A stretch of DNA of 63,350 nt, filler included, from Chiloscyllium plagiosum (lineage: Eukaryota): the NCBI RefSeq assembly GCF_004010195.1. It is 3 parts of one record of this genome, joined end to end, with 100 filler letters (N's around TTAATTAATTAA, not from the genome) between each part and the next. Parts side by side here need not be neighbours in the genome. Positions count along the whole stretch, not along the records: positions 1 to 30,002 come from NC_057715.1; 2 more parts are not named here. One strand, 5' to 3'. The notes beneath the pieces were generated by a model. The model had not been told where the DNA came from. It saw nothing but the letters and a program-made list of their open reading frames with translations, and searched no databases. How positions within the stretch are numbered: position 1 is the stretch's first letter; each line of letters opens with the position of its first letter. A program made the position numbers and the translations under genes. Below, piece by piece: positions 1-13,731 of the stretch.

Positions 1-230
1 TTTTTCACCCAGAGGGTGGTACATGTATGGAATGAGCTGCCAGAGGATGTGGTGGAGGCTGGTACAATTGCAACATTTAAGAGGAATTTGGATGGGTATA
101 TGAATAGGAAGGGTTTGGAGGGATATGGGCCGGGCGCTGGCAGGTGGGACTAGATTGGGTTGGAATATCTGGTTGGCGTGGACGGGTTGGACCGAAGGGT
201 ATGTTTCCATGCTGTACATCTCTAATGACT
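1..230 (+). mobile_element. CR1-clade LINE (HER1-like) 3' end
   Basis: Encodes the CR1 ORF2 C-terminus (FTQRVVHVWNELPEDVVEAGTIATFKRNLDGYM) followed by the 3' UTR. Near-identical to copies at 46885-47185 and 63164-63350. Confidence 0.85.
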
Positions 231-1173
231 AACAGCCTGGGATATTAATATATTTGTAAAAACAGCCTGGACCTGGGGACTTGTCCACTTTTAAGTCCAC
301 CAATGTAGTGTTATGGGGTACAGTGGAGGTCTGGGTCTGGGTGGGCTGTTCCTCGGAAGATCGCTGCCAGCCCAATGGGCCAAATGGCCTTTTTCCAACT
401 GGGGACATTCTACCAACTCTTTTGCTGTTGTCCTGTTTCCTCTGGGGTGGCAAACTTTAAGATAGCCTTGACTCCTTGGTAGACAGTGGTTTCCCTAAGG
501 TGTTACTTCACCAGTGCTAATTTCTGAAATTGAGAGAGGAGCAGGGAAAGAAAGTACAAAACTCTTGCTGCTATTATTAATACATGTTGCAATTTTTGTC
601 CTTTGTTGCTCAAATGCCACTATTGATAAACTGTTCCTTTGCGGATTCTGATATGTATGTCAACGTTCATTCTAAGCCGAAAAATTGTGACAACCTTATA
701 AAAGTGTCACTAAAATAAGAGGTCAAAATTTGTTTATGTATCACTGAATTTCAGTGCCTCTTGATTAATAGAGTAATTCCAATACAGCCAGCTTTGGATT
801 TTCCTTTTGAGTTGTTTGGGTTTGTCAGGTGATTACATTTTAGGTCAATATTGTACTACTTAAAACCATAAAAATGTGAGCTATTACAGTAAAATAATGA
901 AAGCTGAACATTGACAATCAAGTTTCACATTAATCATAATACCTTCATACCAAAAATAATGGATGTAAACAATATTCCTCTGACTTGTTTACGTTGAGCA
1001 TTCCATTACAAAGTCAATATGAAAAATCAACATACAAAATCAGGATGATAACACTCGCACTTTACGCATTCACATTCTGTCCTAATCTGGATTCACAACT
1101 GAATTTGGGAATGGCAATTAGATGTGTTGGCTGACTTTTAACCCTTCATTGCAACAACTCTATAATCTATGTA

Positions 1174-1388
1174 CAGGTCGTTCTGCTATAACACGCACTT
1201 CGTTAATGCAAATTGGCTGTAATGCAATTGACGAACTGGGATCACTGTTTCTAAAGCGCAAACTTTGAAAGCATGTACTCGTTATAACATGATTCCGACA
1301 CATTAGTTTAAATAGTGCTATTACGCGATTTTCGTATAACACGGGATTGCAAGAGAATGGAACTACCGCTTTACAGCAGAACCAACTG
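1174..1388. mobile_element. Tc1/mariner/Tigger-type MITE (~215 bp)
   Basis: Imperfect TIRs (CAGGTCGTTCTGCTATAA ... TTACAGCAGAACCAACTG) flanked by TA on both sides. Related copies at 24840-25058 and 35388-35606. Confidence 0.75.
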
Positions 1389-3089
1389 TAACAGATTCTA
1401 TCATTTTACAAATTTGCGTTCTTGAGGTTGATAGGTAGCTGTCTGAGGTTTGTCTCCTTTATGATATCTAAACTTACATCCTGTACTCCCCTCTCAATTA
1501 CATTTGACTGGTTGAAGTCTTGGTCCTGTTCTTGACATTTGCAAGTGGATAATTGCATGTTTAACTCACTGGTATGCTCCAGGTAGCCTTCACCAGTCTA
1601 CAGTGGGGTATATTCCTTTCTCTTTGTTTTAGGAATAGGTTTTCCCCGAAGCTGTTCCACTTTATCTGGAACACTACGGTCATCAGTTGGATTGTCAGCT
1701 ATGCTGTGCCTTAGGAAAGTATTCCTAATAGGTTTTGCCTTCACTTTCCCCCAGCCTTTATGACTGAGAGAAAGTGAACCTGCACCCTTTTACTCCTTCC
1801 AGACCATTTCTGACACTTGTGGCTTGACATTAGCCCTATTTAAAAAAAAAAGCGACCCTTCACACGCACCCCAAATCTCTCAGTTCTTAATGCCTCCTGC
1901 ATGTCTTCAAAATCGCTCTCAGTTCCCAACCTCTTTGTTTCCCATTGGTTTAATTCAAATGACCCCTCTTCAGCCACTCAAATGGGACAGCTGGGGTCTG
2001 GGCACAAGTTCCCAATTCATTACAATTCCAGGCAGGATAGCCACAAATAGTTATTACCTGGGTGATGAGGGATGAATTGGCTCCCTTCTTAATTAAACCC
2101 CTCTCTTGACTGGTCACAACAAAGGTAATTCAAAAAGAATCCCTTTCCTCATGCAAACCTTTTCAAATACAAAATGTTTTTAAAAGGAACCAAATTAATG
2201 AGGCTTTCTTGAGTCCAAGAAAGAGTGAATTTATTAGCTACTAAATGCATGAAAAGATAATACAATGGGACACCTGCAGACTCTGATTTGAAACGTGAAG
2301 AGAGTAAAACAATAGCAGTTAAAAATGTATCCAAATAAGTCTGAGTTTTGTAAAGAGTAGAACATTCCGACCATTAAATTGGATGATAATAGTAGTGAAG
2401 CATTAATTTCAAATTCTTGGCTATCCAAGCTAGTTGACAGACTTTTGTCCTTTTTCTTTTTAACAGTGACTTCAATGGCTGACCTAATTTCCAGCACTCT
2501 AACCGAGAGAAGTGTTTCATTTACCTGCAGTGCAGGGGTATCTAATAGCTGTCCTCAAGCTGTGAACTTCATGGCACACTCAATTACACAAGTACATCAG
2601 CCCATGAACACACTACGACTAGGGCTGAGCGAATTTTTAAATCTCTGCTCTTAATAAATTAACACACATAGTCTGGGATATAACCTACAGAAAATGGCAT
2701 TCTTGCTGAGAAGGGTAATTAGTTTTTGTCTTGTATCAATTGTTTTTAAGCCTTTCTCAAATCTCCCTGACACTTTATAGGTGTGACATTCCATGGGTTG
2801 ACACAAAGACCTTCAGCAGTCAATGAATTCTAATCTCAGGATTTACGTTATCAGCTATTCTGGGCTTCTGGACCTTTTTTTTTCCCAAGATAAGATTTGT
2901 TTAATTTGTCAGTCAGTAATTTTGGATGATGATCCATTGTCAAGACAGCAATTCTCATTAGCTTTGCTTCCTGTTTAGACCTTCTGAAGCTCTTTCAGTC
3001 CCCAGCTTTCCTGCCACTAGCTTTCTGGGTCACCTCAATCTCTCTGGCTTGTCCTCATCTGTTTGAGAAGTATATTTTACAAAATCATA

Positions 3090-3910
3090 CCCTTATAAAC
3101 TATCTCTATCTGGCATTGGCAAGTTAATCTTACCCTTAAGTGACAACCTAATAAATGGTACCTCTATATCATTTCTCATGAGCCACTTCATTGGCACTCA
3201 GTTGATCTGCCTTCAGGTGAAAGTTCTCATTTTTCCCAAAGCAAGAGTAGTCAGCACCCAGTGTCTCAAAGAATACAGATTTCTTTTTCTGGATGCTTAA
3301 AGCAGTCAGTGGTCACCATTACTTTTGATAAAATCTCAACAGCTATCCTGAATACCTGAAATAGCACAGACCAATGCTCAAGCCATATCTTGCTGAGAGT
3401 TCCTGGAGGATGCAGTAACCAACAGATTTCCTTTACCTGCCCTGGGTTCCTGCAGTGGAAGCACCATGGGTGTTTTCCCACCTGTCTCCCATTCAAATGT
3501 CTAAGGATATTTCCACCTTCACTGTCTGGTTTCCTTTTTCGTTCTAGCTGACTCCTGCAGTATTTACCTTGCCCTCATTCCCCTCCAGTCTTTGAAAGTT
3601 TCGAGACACCAAATTCCCATGGTTTAATGGACTTGTGGATTAGATTGGAGTCATCAGACATAATTTCTGCCTGTTCCTCAACAGGAGTACCATTTGGAAA
3701 GAATATGGAGATTTTGAAACCATTGAGGAAAATCACCTCAACCACGTTTTCATAGATGGTTTCAACTTTAAATTGCTGTACTCACTGGTCAAAAACAATT
3801 TCCTCAAGCTATTCATTTTCTAGGTATACTTGGTGAGACCAGTTTCTTGATGATATGGAAATTTCACACAATATATTCCTGAAACTAACAGCAATGCAGT
3901 TAAAATAACC
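3090..3910 (-). mobile_element. Decayed Ty3/Gypsy LTR-retrotransposon gag-protease relic
   Basis: Minus-strand translation gives, in order: a gag-like FDQ*VQQFKVETIYENVVEVIFLNGFK...VEEQAEIMSDD, a degenerate zinc knuckle CFHCRNPGQVKEIC (CX2CX4[H>Q]X4C), and a protease motif ICIL*DTG. Stops and frameshifts are present. Confidence 0.6.
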
Positions 3911-4900
3911 CTTTTGGCTCAAACTGGTAATAGTTTCTGGGTCAGCCTGCTCTGCAACAGTAATGTCAAACAATGGACTAGCCACTTAAACTGCTGTGCT
4001 AAATTTGTTAAGAGACAGTATTCAACTCTCCTAATTATTAGAGAAGGCACACAGAATGTTAACTTTTTTTGCGAAGTAATAGTATTTTCCATTTTAGCTC
4101 ATCAGCATTAATAAAATGCCTCTAGAGATTTGCAGCTAATTAGATGGTAAATTAGTTGACTGCTAAACTGGTTGCTAAATGATTTAGTACCAGAACAGAT
4201 TGCAAGTCACAACCCAATTCCAAAGTCACATGCAGGCAATTAAACTCAGCCAACTTGACTGGGCACAAGAGTGAGTGCTAAATTTTAGCAACTTTTGCAG
4301 TTACTCCTTCCTCATCTTCAATCTCTCTTTTCCCTTGACCACAAATTCCCTTGGACATACGGCATCTCTCAAAATACAAAAGCTGGAAATTTAAAATAAT
4401 AAAACACTGAAAATCTAGAAAACACACTAAGGTCATTTGAAGGGAGAAACTGCTGCGACAAGTCGTATTTTTAAGTTTTTGGCTTTTGTTCCATACACAA
4501 CTGCAAATTATCTTCTCCAGTTAATCCACACAAGACTAACCAATCAAGCCCATGGGTTGCACATCAAGATTTGATTTCAAAACATAATTCCAGCTTAATC
4601 TTGTAGCTACTAAGAGTTTTCTTTTTGAATGACTTCAAAATAAACAAATTAGGATTTTCTGACCAAGGTGCTGTAAAAAGTTTCCTGTGTCTGGCTCTCT
4701 GAATAAAATTAAAAATAGAACAGTTGCTTTCAAACAAGTATGACCTTTAATTGAGAACTGCCCTTTTTGTAAAGGACAAGCCTCCACTTCTACTATCCAC
4801 AAGTAATTACAAGTCCTATTTTTGATGAGCAATAGGAAGTATCCACAAAAACTGCAACCAAAAAGCTACAAACTTTATTACTATCAATTGTCAAGAGGGA

Positions 4901-7900
4901 TTTTTTTATAAATATTTTTATTGAAAAGAAAGTAAGTTTTCAAGTTTTTACAAAATTACAAAACTAATACAAAATTGTGTAATCTCTTTACAGTATAGTG
5001 ACAGTATCAGTATAAAAAAAGCTAACTGCTGACCTACTCTACAAACTACCAAAACACAAAATAAGATACAAGAAGAAAAACTCTATACATTAACAAACAA
5101 AACTACAGTTTAGTACATAACTAGCAACAAAAGAAGAGAAAAAGGAAGTGAATAAATAAATAAGCAAAGTAAAATTATGTCAAGTCATAATAAAACCCGT
5201 ATTTATACGAGATTCTTCCTCCCAGGGGCCCCATACTGACACACAGTCCTCAAGACTAAACAAAGGTCAATACATCTGCATTGATGTCGCTCAAAAATGG
5301 GCCGCCACATTCTATAAAACAATTCCATTTTTTGGTGCACACAGTCGTAAGAAAGTCTAGATGGATATATTCCATAACTATCCTATGCTAGTTCGAAAGT
5401 TCAGGAGGACTTTTGGATACCCAACTTGCTATTATGTTTTTCCTTGCACAAAATGTGAGGAGAGAAAATAATTTCTTCCCATATCCATCTAGAGAGGAAA
5501 CATTTGAAGAGCCCAAAAGGCGAGACACCAGGTCTAACCCAATCTCCGTTCCCAAAATCTTTGCCAAGACATTCACTACACTGTTCCAGTAACTACGAAT
5601 CATATGTAATGTCCACAAACAATAAATGAGAGTACCAACTTCTATTTTACGTTTAGGACACATTGAAAATGCTCCTGCCTTAAACTTTGCAAGTCGCTCT
5701 GGTGCCAAATGGGTCCAAGATGTATTTTCAATTGAATAGCTTGAGTCCTATTACAGATAGCGACCTTCCTGGCATTTTCCCAGATGTCCTCCCACAACCC
5801 TAATTCCGGAGTCCAGGTTTTATATAGCCATTCCATTTCCTTCGATACATTATTACCTAGTGAGTGATAGAGAGTACTGTCCGAGGGTGTGCCCATCGTC
5901 TGAAGCACTCTCCTTTCCATATCTGATTTATAAGGATTGGTCATTAATGTGGTCTTTTTTTGAACAAAATCTCGTATTTGAAAATATCGAAAGAGATCCT
6001 TGCTAGACAACCCGAACCTCTGACGTAACTGTTCAAAGAACATCACGATCTCCCCACCAAATACTCCCAGCATTCCCACTATAGGGATAAAGGGTGAGTT
6101 TTTTTTGTAAATTACCCTCACCCTGTCGTATCATCCAAGCTTTGACTGCGTTTAGGACAATCTGGCTTTTACAATGATCCGTGACAGTTCTCATCTTATC
6201 CATAGACAATAGATTGATGAGGGGGCATTTTGATTGGGAAGCCTCAATATCCAGCCAAATTGATTGTGAATCACAAGAGACCCAGTCAGCCACATATGAT
6301 AGTAGAGTGGTCAGTTGGTACTTTCTAAAAACCGGAAAATCCAGACCTCCCCTTACTTGTGGAAGCTGTAATTTATCTAATATAATAAGGGACCGTCTAT
6401 GATTCCAAACAAAGGAACCAAGCCAACCATAAAGCTTGCTCAGCGCCTGTCTCAGCAACATCAAGGGAAGCATTCTCATGGGGTATAATAAGCATGGGTG
6501 GATATTCAATCTAACCAAAACTATTTTTCCTAACCAGAATATCAGGAGATCTTCCCAACGCTGGAAGTCCTGCTTTATTTTCTTTAATAAATGAATATAA
6601 TTAGCTTTACATAACTGACCAAATACCGGAATAATAAAATACCTAAATAGAGAAAACCTCTCAGTGACCACCGAAAGGGGAAGCAGGATCCATCCACAAA
6701 GTTAGTTATACTGGTAAGACCTCTACCTGCATGGCCTCTGATTTCGTGAAATTAATTTTGTATCCTGAAAACATACCAAACAAATTAACCATTGAATTAA
6801 ACAGGGCACAGATGTCAATGGATCATTTAAGAAAAGAAGAACATCAGCATAAAGAATAATTTAATGCTTGCCTGATCCTACCTTCGGGGCCGTTATACTG
6901 GGGTCAGTTCGGATGGCTTCCGCCAGCAGTTCGATCATTAGTGAAAATAGTAGTGGCGAAAGAGGACATCCTTGGTGACAACCTCTGCCAATACTAAAAC
7001 TATCCGATCTTATGCCATTAGTAGTCACCGCTGCTTTTGGGCCATTATGTAAAACTGTGACCCATTTAGTAAAAAACCTCTCCAATACCAAACCACTCCA
7101 TACTTTAAAAAAGGTATGGCCATTCTACCTGATCGAATGCGTTCGCTGCATCTAGGGTGATAACTAATCGATTGCTTTTTGCTGGCAGACTTGTACCATA
7201 TTTAACACTCTGCTGATATTAGTAGATCTGCGACCCGTAATAAACCCCATCTGTGATCCTCTTTTATAATAAATGGCAAAACCTTCTCCAGTCTTATTGC
7301 TAGCACTTTCGAGAGGATTTTAAAGTCCACATTTAATAAGGATATAGGCCTGTGCGAGGTACAGTCATCTGGGGCTTTCCCCTTCTTGAGGATGAGAGAG
7401 ATATTTGCTTCTCTCAGAGAGCGCGGGAGACAACCCTGACTAAATGAGTAGTTGTACATGTCTATAAGTGGTCCAGCCAACTCATCTACGAACTTTTTCT
7501 AAAACTCAGCCTGGAATCCATCTCGCCCGGGAGCTTTGCCACTCTGGAGCTGCCTCACCGCCTTCTGCACCTCCTGAATTGTCAGGGAGGCATTCAAAGT
7601 GGACCTGTTCCAAGGTTATGTCCAAAAGATCCAGATTCTTAAAAAAAAAAAGACTCCATCTCCTCGTTCTATCCGCACAGCCCTCTGACTGGTACAGCTC
7701 AAAATAAAACTTTCTCAAAGCTGAATTGATCTTTTTATGGTCAAGTCAAAATACCAGCACCATCTCTCATAGATGCAATGGATTGGGGAGCTTTCTTCTT
7801 TCTGGCAAGCTATACTAGATACCTGCCCAGCTTATTGCTGTACTCGAATAGTCTCTGCTTCGCAAATAGTATCTCCCTCTTTGCTGTTTGAGTAAGAGTA

Positions 7901-10482
7901 GCATTCAAGGTAGCCCTGAGGGCTGTAATCCGCTGCAAGTGAATTATGGATGGCTTATCAACATACACCAACTCAGCTGCCTTCTGGCGAGCCTCAAGCA
8001 GACGCTGTTGTTCTCCTTTTTGTCTTTTCCAGGTCGCAGAATATGAAATAATTAAGCCGCGCATATGTGCCTTAGCAGTCTCCCACATCATCAATGGGTT
8101 ACTGGCTGTACCTATGTTAATGTCCCAGAAAGCTTTAAATTCCTGCAAAAAGTATTCTATGAACTTACTATCCTTCAGTAGGAAAGGATCCATACACCAG
8201 TGTCAGGAGTCTATCTTATCACCACTCGTGTTGACCTTCATATAGACTGCTGCATGGTCAGAAATAGCTATATTCCCTATTTTACAGGACAGTATTGAAT
8301 TCAGAAAGGTCAAGGGGACAAAAAAAACATATCAATTCCGGTGTGGCACTTGTGTGGGTTAGAATAAAAAGTGAAATCTCTACCTTCAGGGTGAAGACAT
8401 CTCCACACATCTACCAGTCCCAACTCCCTATTCAAATCAACCAGCTGCCTAGATCGCAGAGATATGCCCGCAGAGCTCCTAGGTATCCTGTCCACCTTGG
8501 GATCAATAATACAATTAAAATCTCTCCCTATAATTATGTGATGTACCCCAAGGGCCATCAGCCTGAAGAATGCATCCGTTAGAAATTTAAAAGGATGTGC
8601 TAGAGTGGGGGGGCAATATACATTCAAAATCTCATACGCTTCTCCACATATTGGAGCTTTAAGTATAATAAACCGCCCGGACTAATCTTTTATCTGGCTT
8701 AACATTTGAAATGGTAGATCTTTATGAATAAGAATGGCCATTCCCCTACTTTTCAAGTTGAAGGATGAAAAGAACACCTGACCAAATCCTCTCTGTTGCA
8801 GCTTCAAATGCTCCTTATCAGTTAGGTGTGTCTCCTGTATAACGGCTACATCAACCCTCTCTTTTTTAAGACTCAATAACATCTTTTTCCTTTTCATTGG
8901 CGAGTGGCTCCCTTTAACATTCCAAGTGCACTATTTAAACGAATGGCTAGCCATGATCGCTCAAGAAAGTCAGAGAACCCCCCAGGAGGAAGAACCCCAC
9001 ACAACAAACCAAGTAAAAACCGTAAACAATTCGTAAGTTTTTAAAAAAAAACCTTTACAAAACTACTAAAAATTACTCCTAAAAAATAATAACAGTATAA
9101 GAGAGGACTTTCACCCTTATACACAGGGGCACTCCTACTGTCCAGTAATCCTGCCATAACTCCTTCCAACTGGAGCTATGCCCTTGCCCCAGACATTGCA
9201 AAATAAAATGGATAAATACCAATGTCTTATACCAAGGAAATTAAAGGTGGGCATCCAGCCCATCCCTTCCATATTATTAACCTAGGCATTCTTAACAAAG
9301 CAGCATCATGAAAAAATATATATAAAATTACAATCCCAGAAAATATTCAAGGAAAACCCGAAAAAATTCAGAAACAACCCCCAACCAGATCAACCAAGCA
9401 AATTATAAATAAAAGTTAAAGGACAAGCCCCTCAGGAAACGATAAGTAGTAAAAGGGGGAAGGAGGAGAGAAAAAAAAGGGCATAAAGAAGAAAAACAAT
9501 TGTTCATATAATTTGAGTCCTTTAGTCTATTTAAGAGCATCCAAAAATTCTTTTACTTTTTCCGGTGATCCAAAGTTATACACAGACCCTCCATGACTGA
9601 AGTGCAGTGCTGCCGGGTATCTCAAGGCATACTGAATATTTAAATCCCTCAGAAGCTTCTTTACCTCATCAAATGCCTTCCTCTTACGTGCCACGACAGG
9701 AGAGAAGTCCTGGAACAGCATCATTTTCAACCATTTGTATACCATAGCTTGGGGATCCTTCCCCAAAGCTCTGGAGGCCTCCAGCAGCATTTGCTTATCG
9801 CTGTAGTGCTGGAGTCACACTAGGCCCAGGCGGGGGCGCTGGTCCGATTCAGGCCTGCAAACAGCAACCCAGTGGGCCCATTCAACCCGCACCCGGCCTA
9901 GCCCCAACCCCAGCTTCAGCAGTTGTGGGAGCTCTTCCAAGGTCCAGACTCTGCTTTCCAGAGGCCGGACCTGACCCACAGAGGATTCAGCAGCAGTCTT
10001 GGAGGCCACCCCTCCAACACTCTGCCCGTGTTTCTCAATCTCTCTGTCATGCTTCTGCAGCATGACCAAGATTGACTCCCACCTGGACCGGGTCTCTTCC
10101 ACTGAAGCATCGATCTTCTCTCGAAGTTGACAAACTCAGAGATCAGGCTCTCTGAGTTTGTCAACTTCGAAACTTTTGAAAAGTTTGGTACATTTCAAAA
10201 TGACCAAAGGAAACGAATCATGCAGTTTGCAACAGGCAGGGACCCTTCCCCTGCCTGCAGCAACAGATGCGGCCACCCCGGGGAACTTGCCTGCAGAGAC
10301 GAGCCTGATCTCTGAGTTTGTCAACTTTTAAAAGTTTGGTGCAAAATGGCTGTAGCAACTGGGAAATAGCTTGTTTTAGTGGTTTAAAACATGAGAGGAG
10401 GGTGGGTACCCCACTTTTTCTGGGTCCTGGGCAGAGCTCAGCAAACTCAGACCTACTGGGTCGCTGCCATCTTGAAACCCCC
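4901..10482 (-). mobile_element. Full-length decayed L1-clade LINE (ORF1 + ORF2 EN-RT), copy 1
   Basis: 5' end GGGGGTTTCAAGATGGCAGCG. ORF1 fragment FQDFSPVVARKRKAFDEVKK (9527-9790). ORF2 from the ATG at 8954: endonuclease QETHL / GRDFN / GIDMF, RT HRPISLLNVDFKILSK / RGCHQGCPLSPLLF, and a Cys-rich C-terminus (CPKRK...CLW). AATAAA and an A-rich tail at ~4901-4922. Many frameshifts. Confidence 0.93.
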
Positions 10483-10844
10483 AGGAATTTGTTTTTAAAA
10501 AAAGCCTCACGCGCACATTCTGAAAGCAGGGAGATCCCTTGTTCAGCACAAACATTTTAATCACAAAATCCAACCCAGACCCGGGTTCGATTTTAGTCAC
10601 AAAATCAATACAGCATTTATACTGGAGAACTATACATTGGAAGGATTTACCATTACAGGCTATTGCTTCTATAGAAATTGCAAAGTTTATATTGCAGGAC
10701 AATTTCAGCAGTGTGTAGATATCCAATGGGACTGTACAAATTCATTTCTATGTTAAAATCAAAAAAATTCTACAAAAACTTAGCAGGTCTGGCAGTATTT
10801 CTGGAAGCGAAACGGAGTTAATTTTTCAAGTCCAAAGACTCTTC

Positions 10845-11005
10845 TTTGGCCACCCATGACAGTAGACCGGTGTTTCAATTCCAGACTAATCAATCAATTA
10901 AATTTAAATTCCACCAGCTGTCATGTTGGGACTTGAATCCTTGTTTCAAAAGTATTAGCTTGGACCTTAGGATTATGATTCTAACAGCATTACCACTATG
11001 CCAGC
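10845..11005 (-). mobile_element. Old tRNA-headed shark SINE fragment
   Basis: Similar to the elements at 42030-42380, 54624-54945 and 61790-62125. Confidence 0.45.
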
Positions 11006-12208
11006 GCCTACTTACGGCATTACTACTTTGGATCTATCTTTACCATAGAGGAAGACACTGCTCAGGTTACAGTGAGAAGGTGCAAATCAGACTAATGAAA
11101 GATTTAAAACTAATAAGGAGGCAGCATTGTATAGGCTGCCTGTATACAGCTGATGAAGCACCAAGAAAAAGTGCATCAAAAGATACACAGGGAAATGAAA
11201 CTGCAAGTTGCAGAGGCAAGAGATAATTTTCTAGTCTTCCATTATCTCTGGAACCTGCTAAACGACTACAAATTTGCAAATGTTACATCCTAGGGGAAAA
11301 TGGTATAAAGATAAGCCCAGCAACTACAGGCCAGTCAGTTAAGTTTGGTGGTATAGAAGCTTGTAGTAAACGTTACTTGGGCAAAAGTTGCTTAACAAGG
11401 AGCGTCAGAGTGGATGTGTCAAACACAAACCATGTTTAATTAACTTCTAGCTTATTGACAAGGCAACAGAAGACTGATGAGATGTATTTGATTTCCAAAA
11501 AGCATTTGATACAGTAAACACAAAAGACTTGTGAGCAAAGGAATAGGTTACGAAATGCAAGGGACAGGATCAACACAGATACAAAACTGGCCAAATAAAA
11601 CAGAAAGCAATAGTTGATACGTATTTTCAAGACTAGATGAAGATTTGTCAAGATCTCGACTCTCCTAATTATATATTAATGAAGAGCATAATTTAAAAAT
11701 CTGTAGATTTTTCTATAAACTGCACAATTGTGAACTGGGGAAAAAGGAACTTAAGCACACGGAATTGTGTTCCACTTAAAAGGTTGGGGTCATGTTGTTT
11801 TAAGAAATTAACAATTAGAAAGATAGGATAGAAATAGGTGAACTTGCCAAGCTGGAGACATGATGTCTACTCTGCTTGCAGTAATATCAGTCCAGAGATA
11901 TTCGTGTTTTTGTTAAGTTAAATTAGTTAAAAGCATTCTGTGAACTCTGCAAGGCTGCAAAACCAATTTACTTCATCAGGTCAAAGAAGAAATTATAAAT
12001 AATACTTCATTCAAAAAGTCAAATTAAAAGGTAGTACAGAGTAGGAATAGGGAACATCATCATGGAGATGTGTACAGCCTAAGGTTTCTCTGGTTTCAAT
12101 TTATCTACATGCTTGCTGCAAGAAGCACTGGCTGAATTTTGCAGCTGGAGGAGTGCTACATCAAAACACTGTTATTCTCTAATGCCCTTCAGGGAACAAA
12201 ATCTGCCA

Positions 12209-13731
12209 TAGAAACATAGAAAATAGGTACAGGAGTAGGCCATTCAGCCCTCTGAGTCTGAACCCCCATTCAATATGATCATGGCTGATCATACAACTTC
12301 AGGATCCCATTGCTGTTTTCTCTCCAAACTCCTTGACCCCTTAAGTCACAAGGGGTCACGTCCAGATCCCTCTTGAATATATCTAATGAACTGACCCCAA
12401 CAGCTTCATGTGGGTGAGAATTCCACAGATTCACAACTCTCCGAGTAAAGAAATTCTTCCTCATCTCAGTCCTGAAAGGTTTAACCCTTATTCTTAGATT
12501 GTGACTCTTAGTTCTGGACTTCCCCCAACATCAGTAACATTCTTCCCATATCTAGCCTGTCCAGTCCCATCAGGCTTTTATATATTTCTATGAGGATTCC
12601 CCCCCGCCTCATTCTGCTAAATTCCAGCAAGTACAAGCCCAGTCAATTCAGTCTTTCCTCATACATCAGTCCAAGAATACATTCGCTGGACTCAGTCAAT
12701 GGCAAGAATGTCCTTCCTCAGACAAGGAGGCCACTGCATACAATACTCAAGATATGGCTTCCCTCAGGCTGCATCTACATGCCAACCTTCAAATGACTGT
12801 TCCACCATAACACCAAGGTCTCATCGCACCTCACCTTTTCCGAAACTGCCACTGCAAGGCAGGTTATCATTCAGATGATAACCTGCCTTGCGACCAAAGT
12901 GGATAACCTCACATTTATCTATATTATATTGCATTTGCAAGTATTTGCCCACACAACCAGCCAATCTATCCAAGTCACTCTGCAGCCTTTTAACATTCTC
13001 CTCACAGCACACACTACCACCCAGCTTAGCGTTATCTGCAAATTTGGAGATACTGCATTCAATTTCTTCATCCAAATCATTAATGTATATTGCAAACAGC
13101 TGCAGCACCCCACTCATCACTGCGTACCACTTTGAAAAGCACTCGTTTATTCCAACTCTTTGCTTCCTGTCTGCCAACCAGTTCTCTACCAATGTCAGTA
13201 CATTACCTCTGATACCTTGAGCTTTAATTTTCCTTACCAATCTCTTGTGTGGAACCTTGTCATAAGCCTTTTGAAAGTACAGATACACAACATCTACTGA
13301 TTGATACTGGTCCACTGTACCACTCACATCCTCAAATAAATTCTAGAAGATTTGGCAAGCATGATTTCCCTTTAGTGAATCCATGCTGACCAGGACCTAT
13401 TCTGCTACAGCTTTCTGAATGCTCAGTTATTACATCCTAAATAATTGACTCCAGAATTTCCTCCACTATCAATGTCAGACTAACCAGCCTGTACTTCCCC
13501 ATTTTCTCTCTCCCTCCTTTTTTTTTTAGAAGAGCTACCCTCCAGGCAATTGGAACTCTTCCAGAGTCTATAGAATGCTGGAAAATGATCACCAATGCAT
13601 CCACTATTTCTAGGGCCACTTCCTTCAGTATTCTAGGATGCAGAGCATCAGGCCCCAGGGATTTATCTGGTTTTAATCCCATTAATTTCCCCAATATTAC
13701 TTCCTGAATAATAAAGATTTCCTTCAATTTC
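12209..13731 (-). mobile_element. CR1-clade LINE, 3' part (split by L1 copy 2)
   Basis: RT motifs DVVYLYFQKAYDKVPH, IYINDLD, SKFADNAKLGG and the C-terminal RKNFFTRRVVNLWNS. Continues at 19200. Confidence 0.88.
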
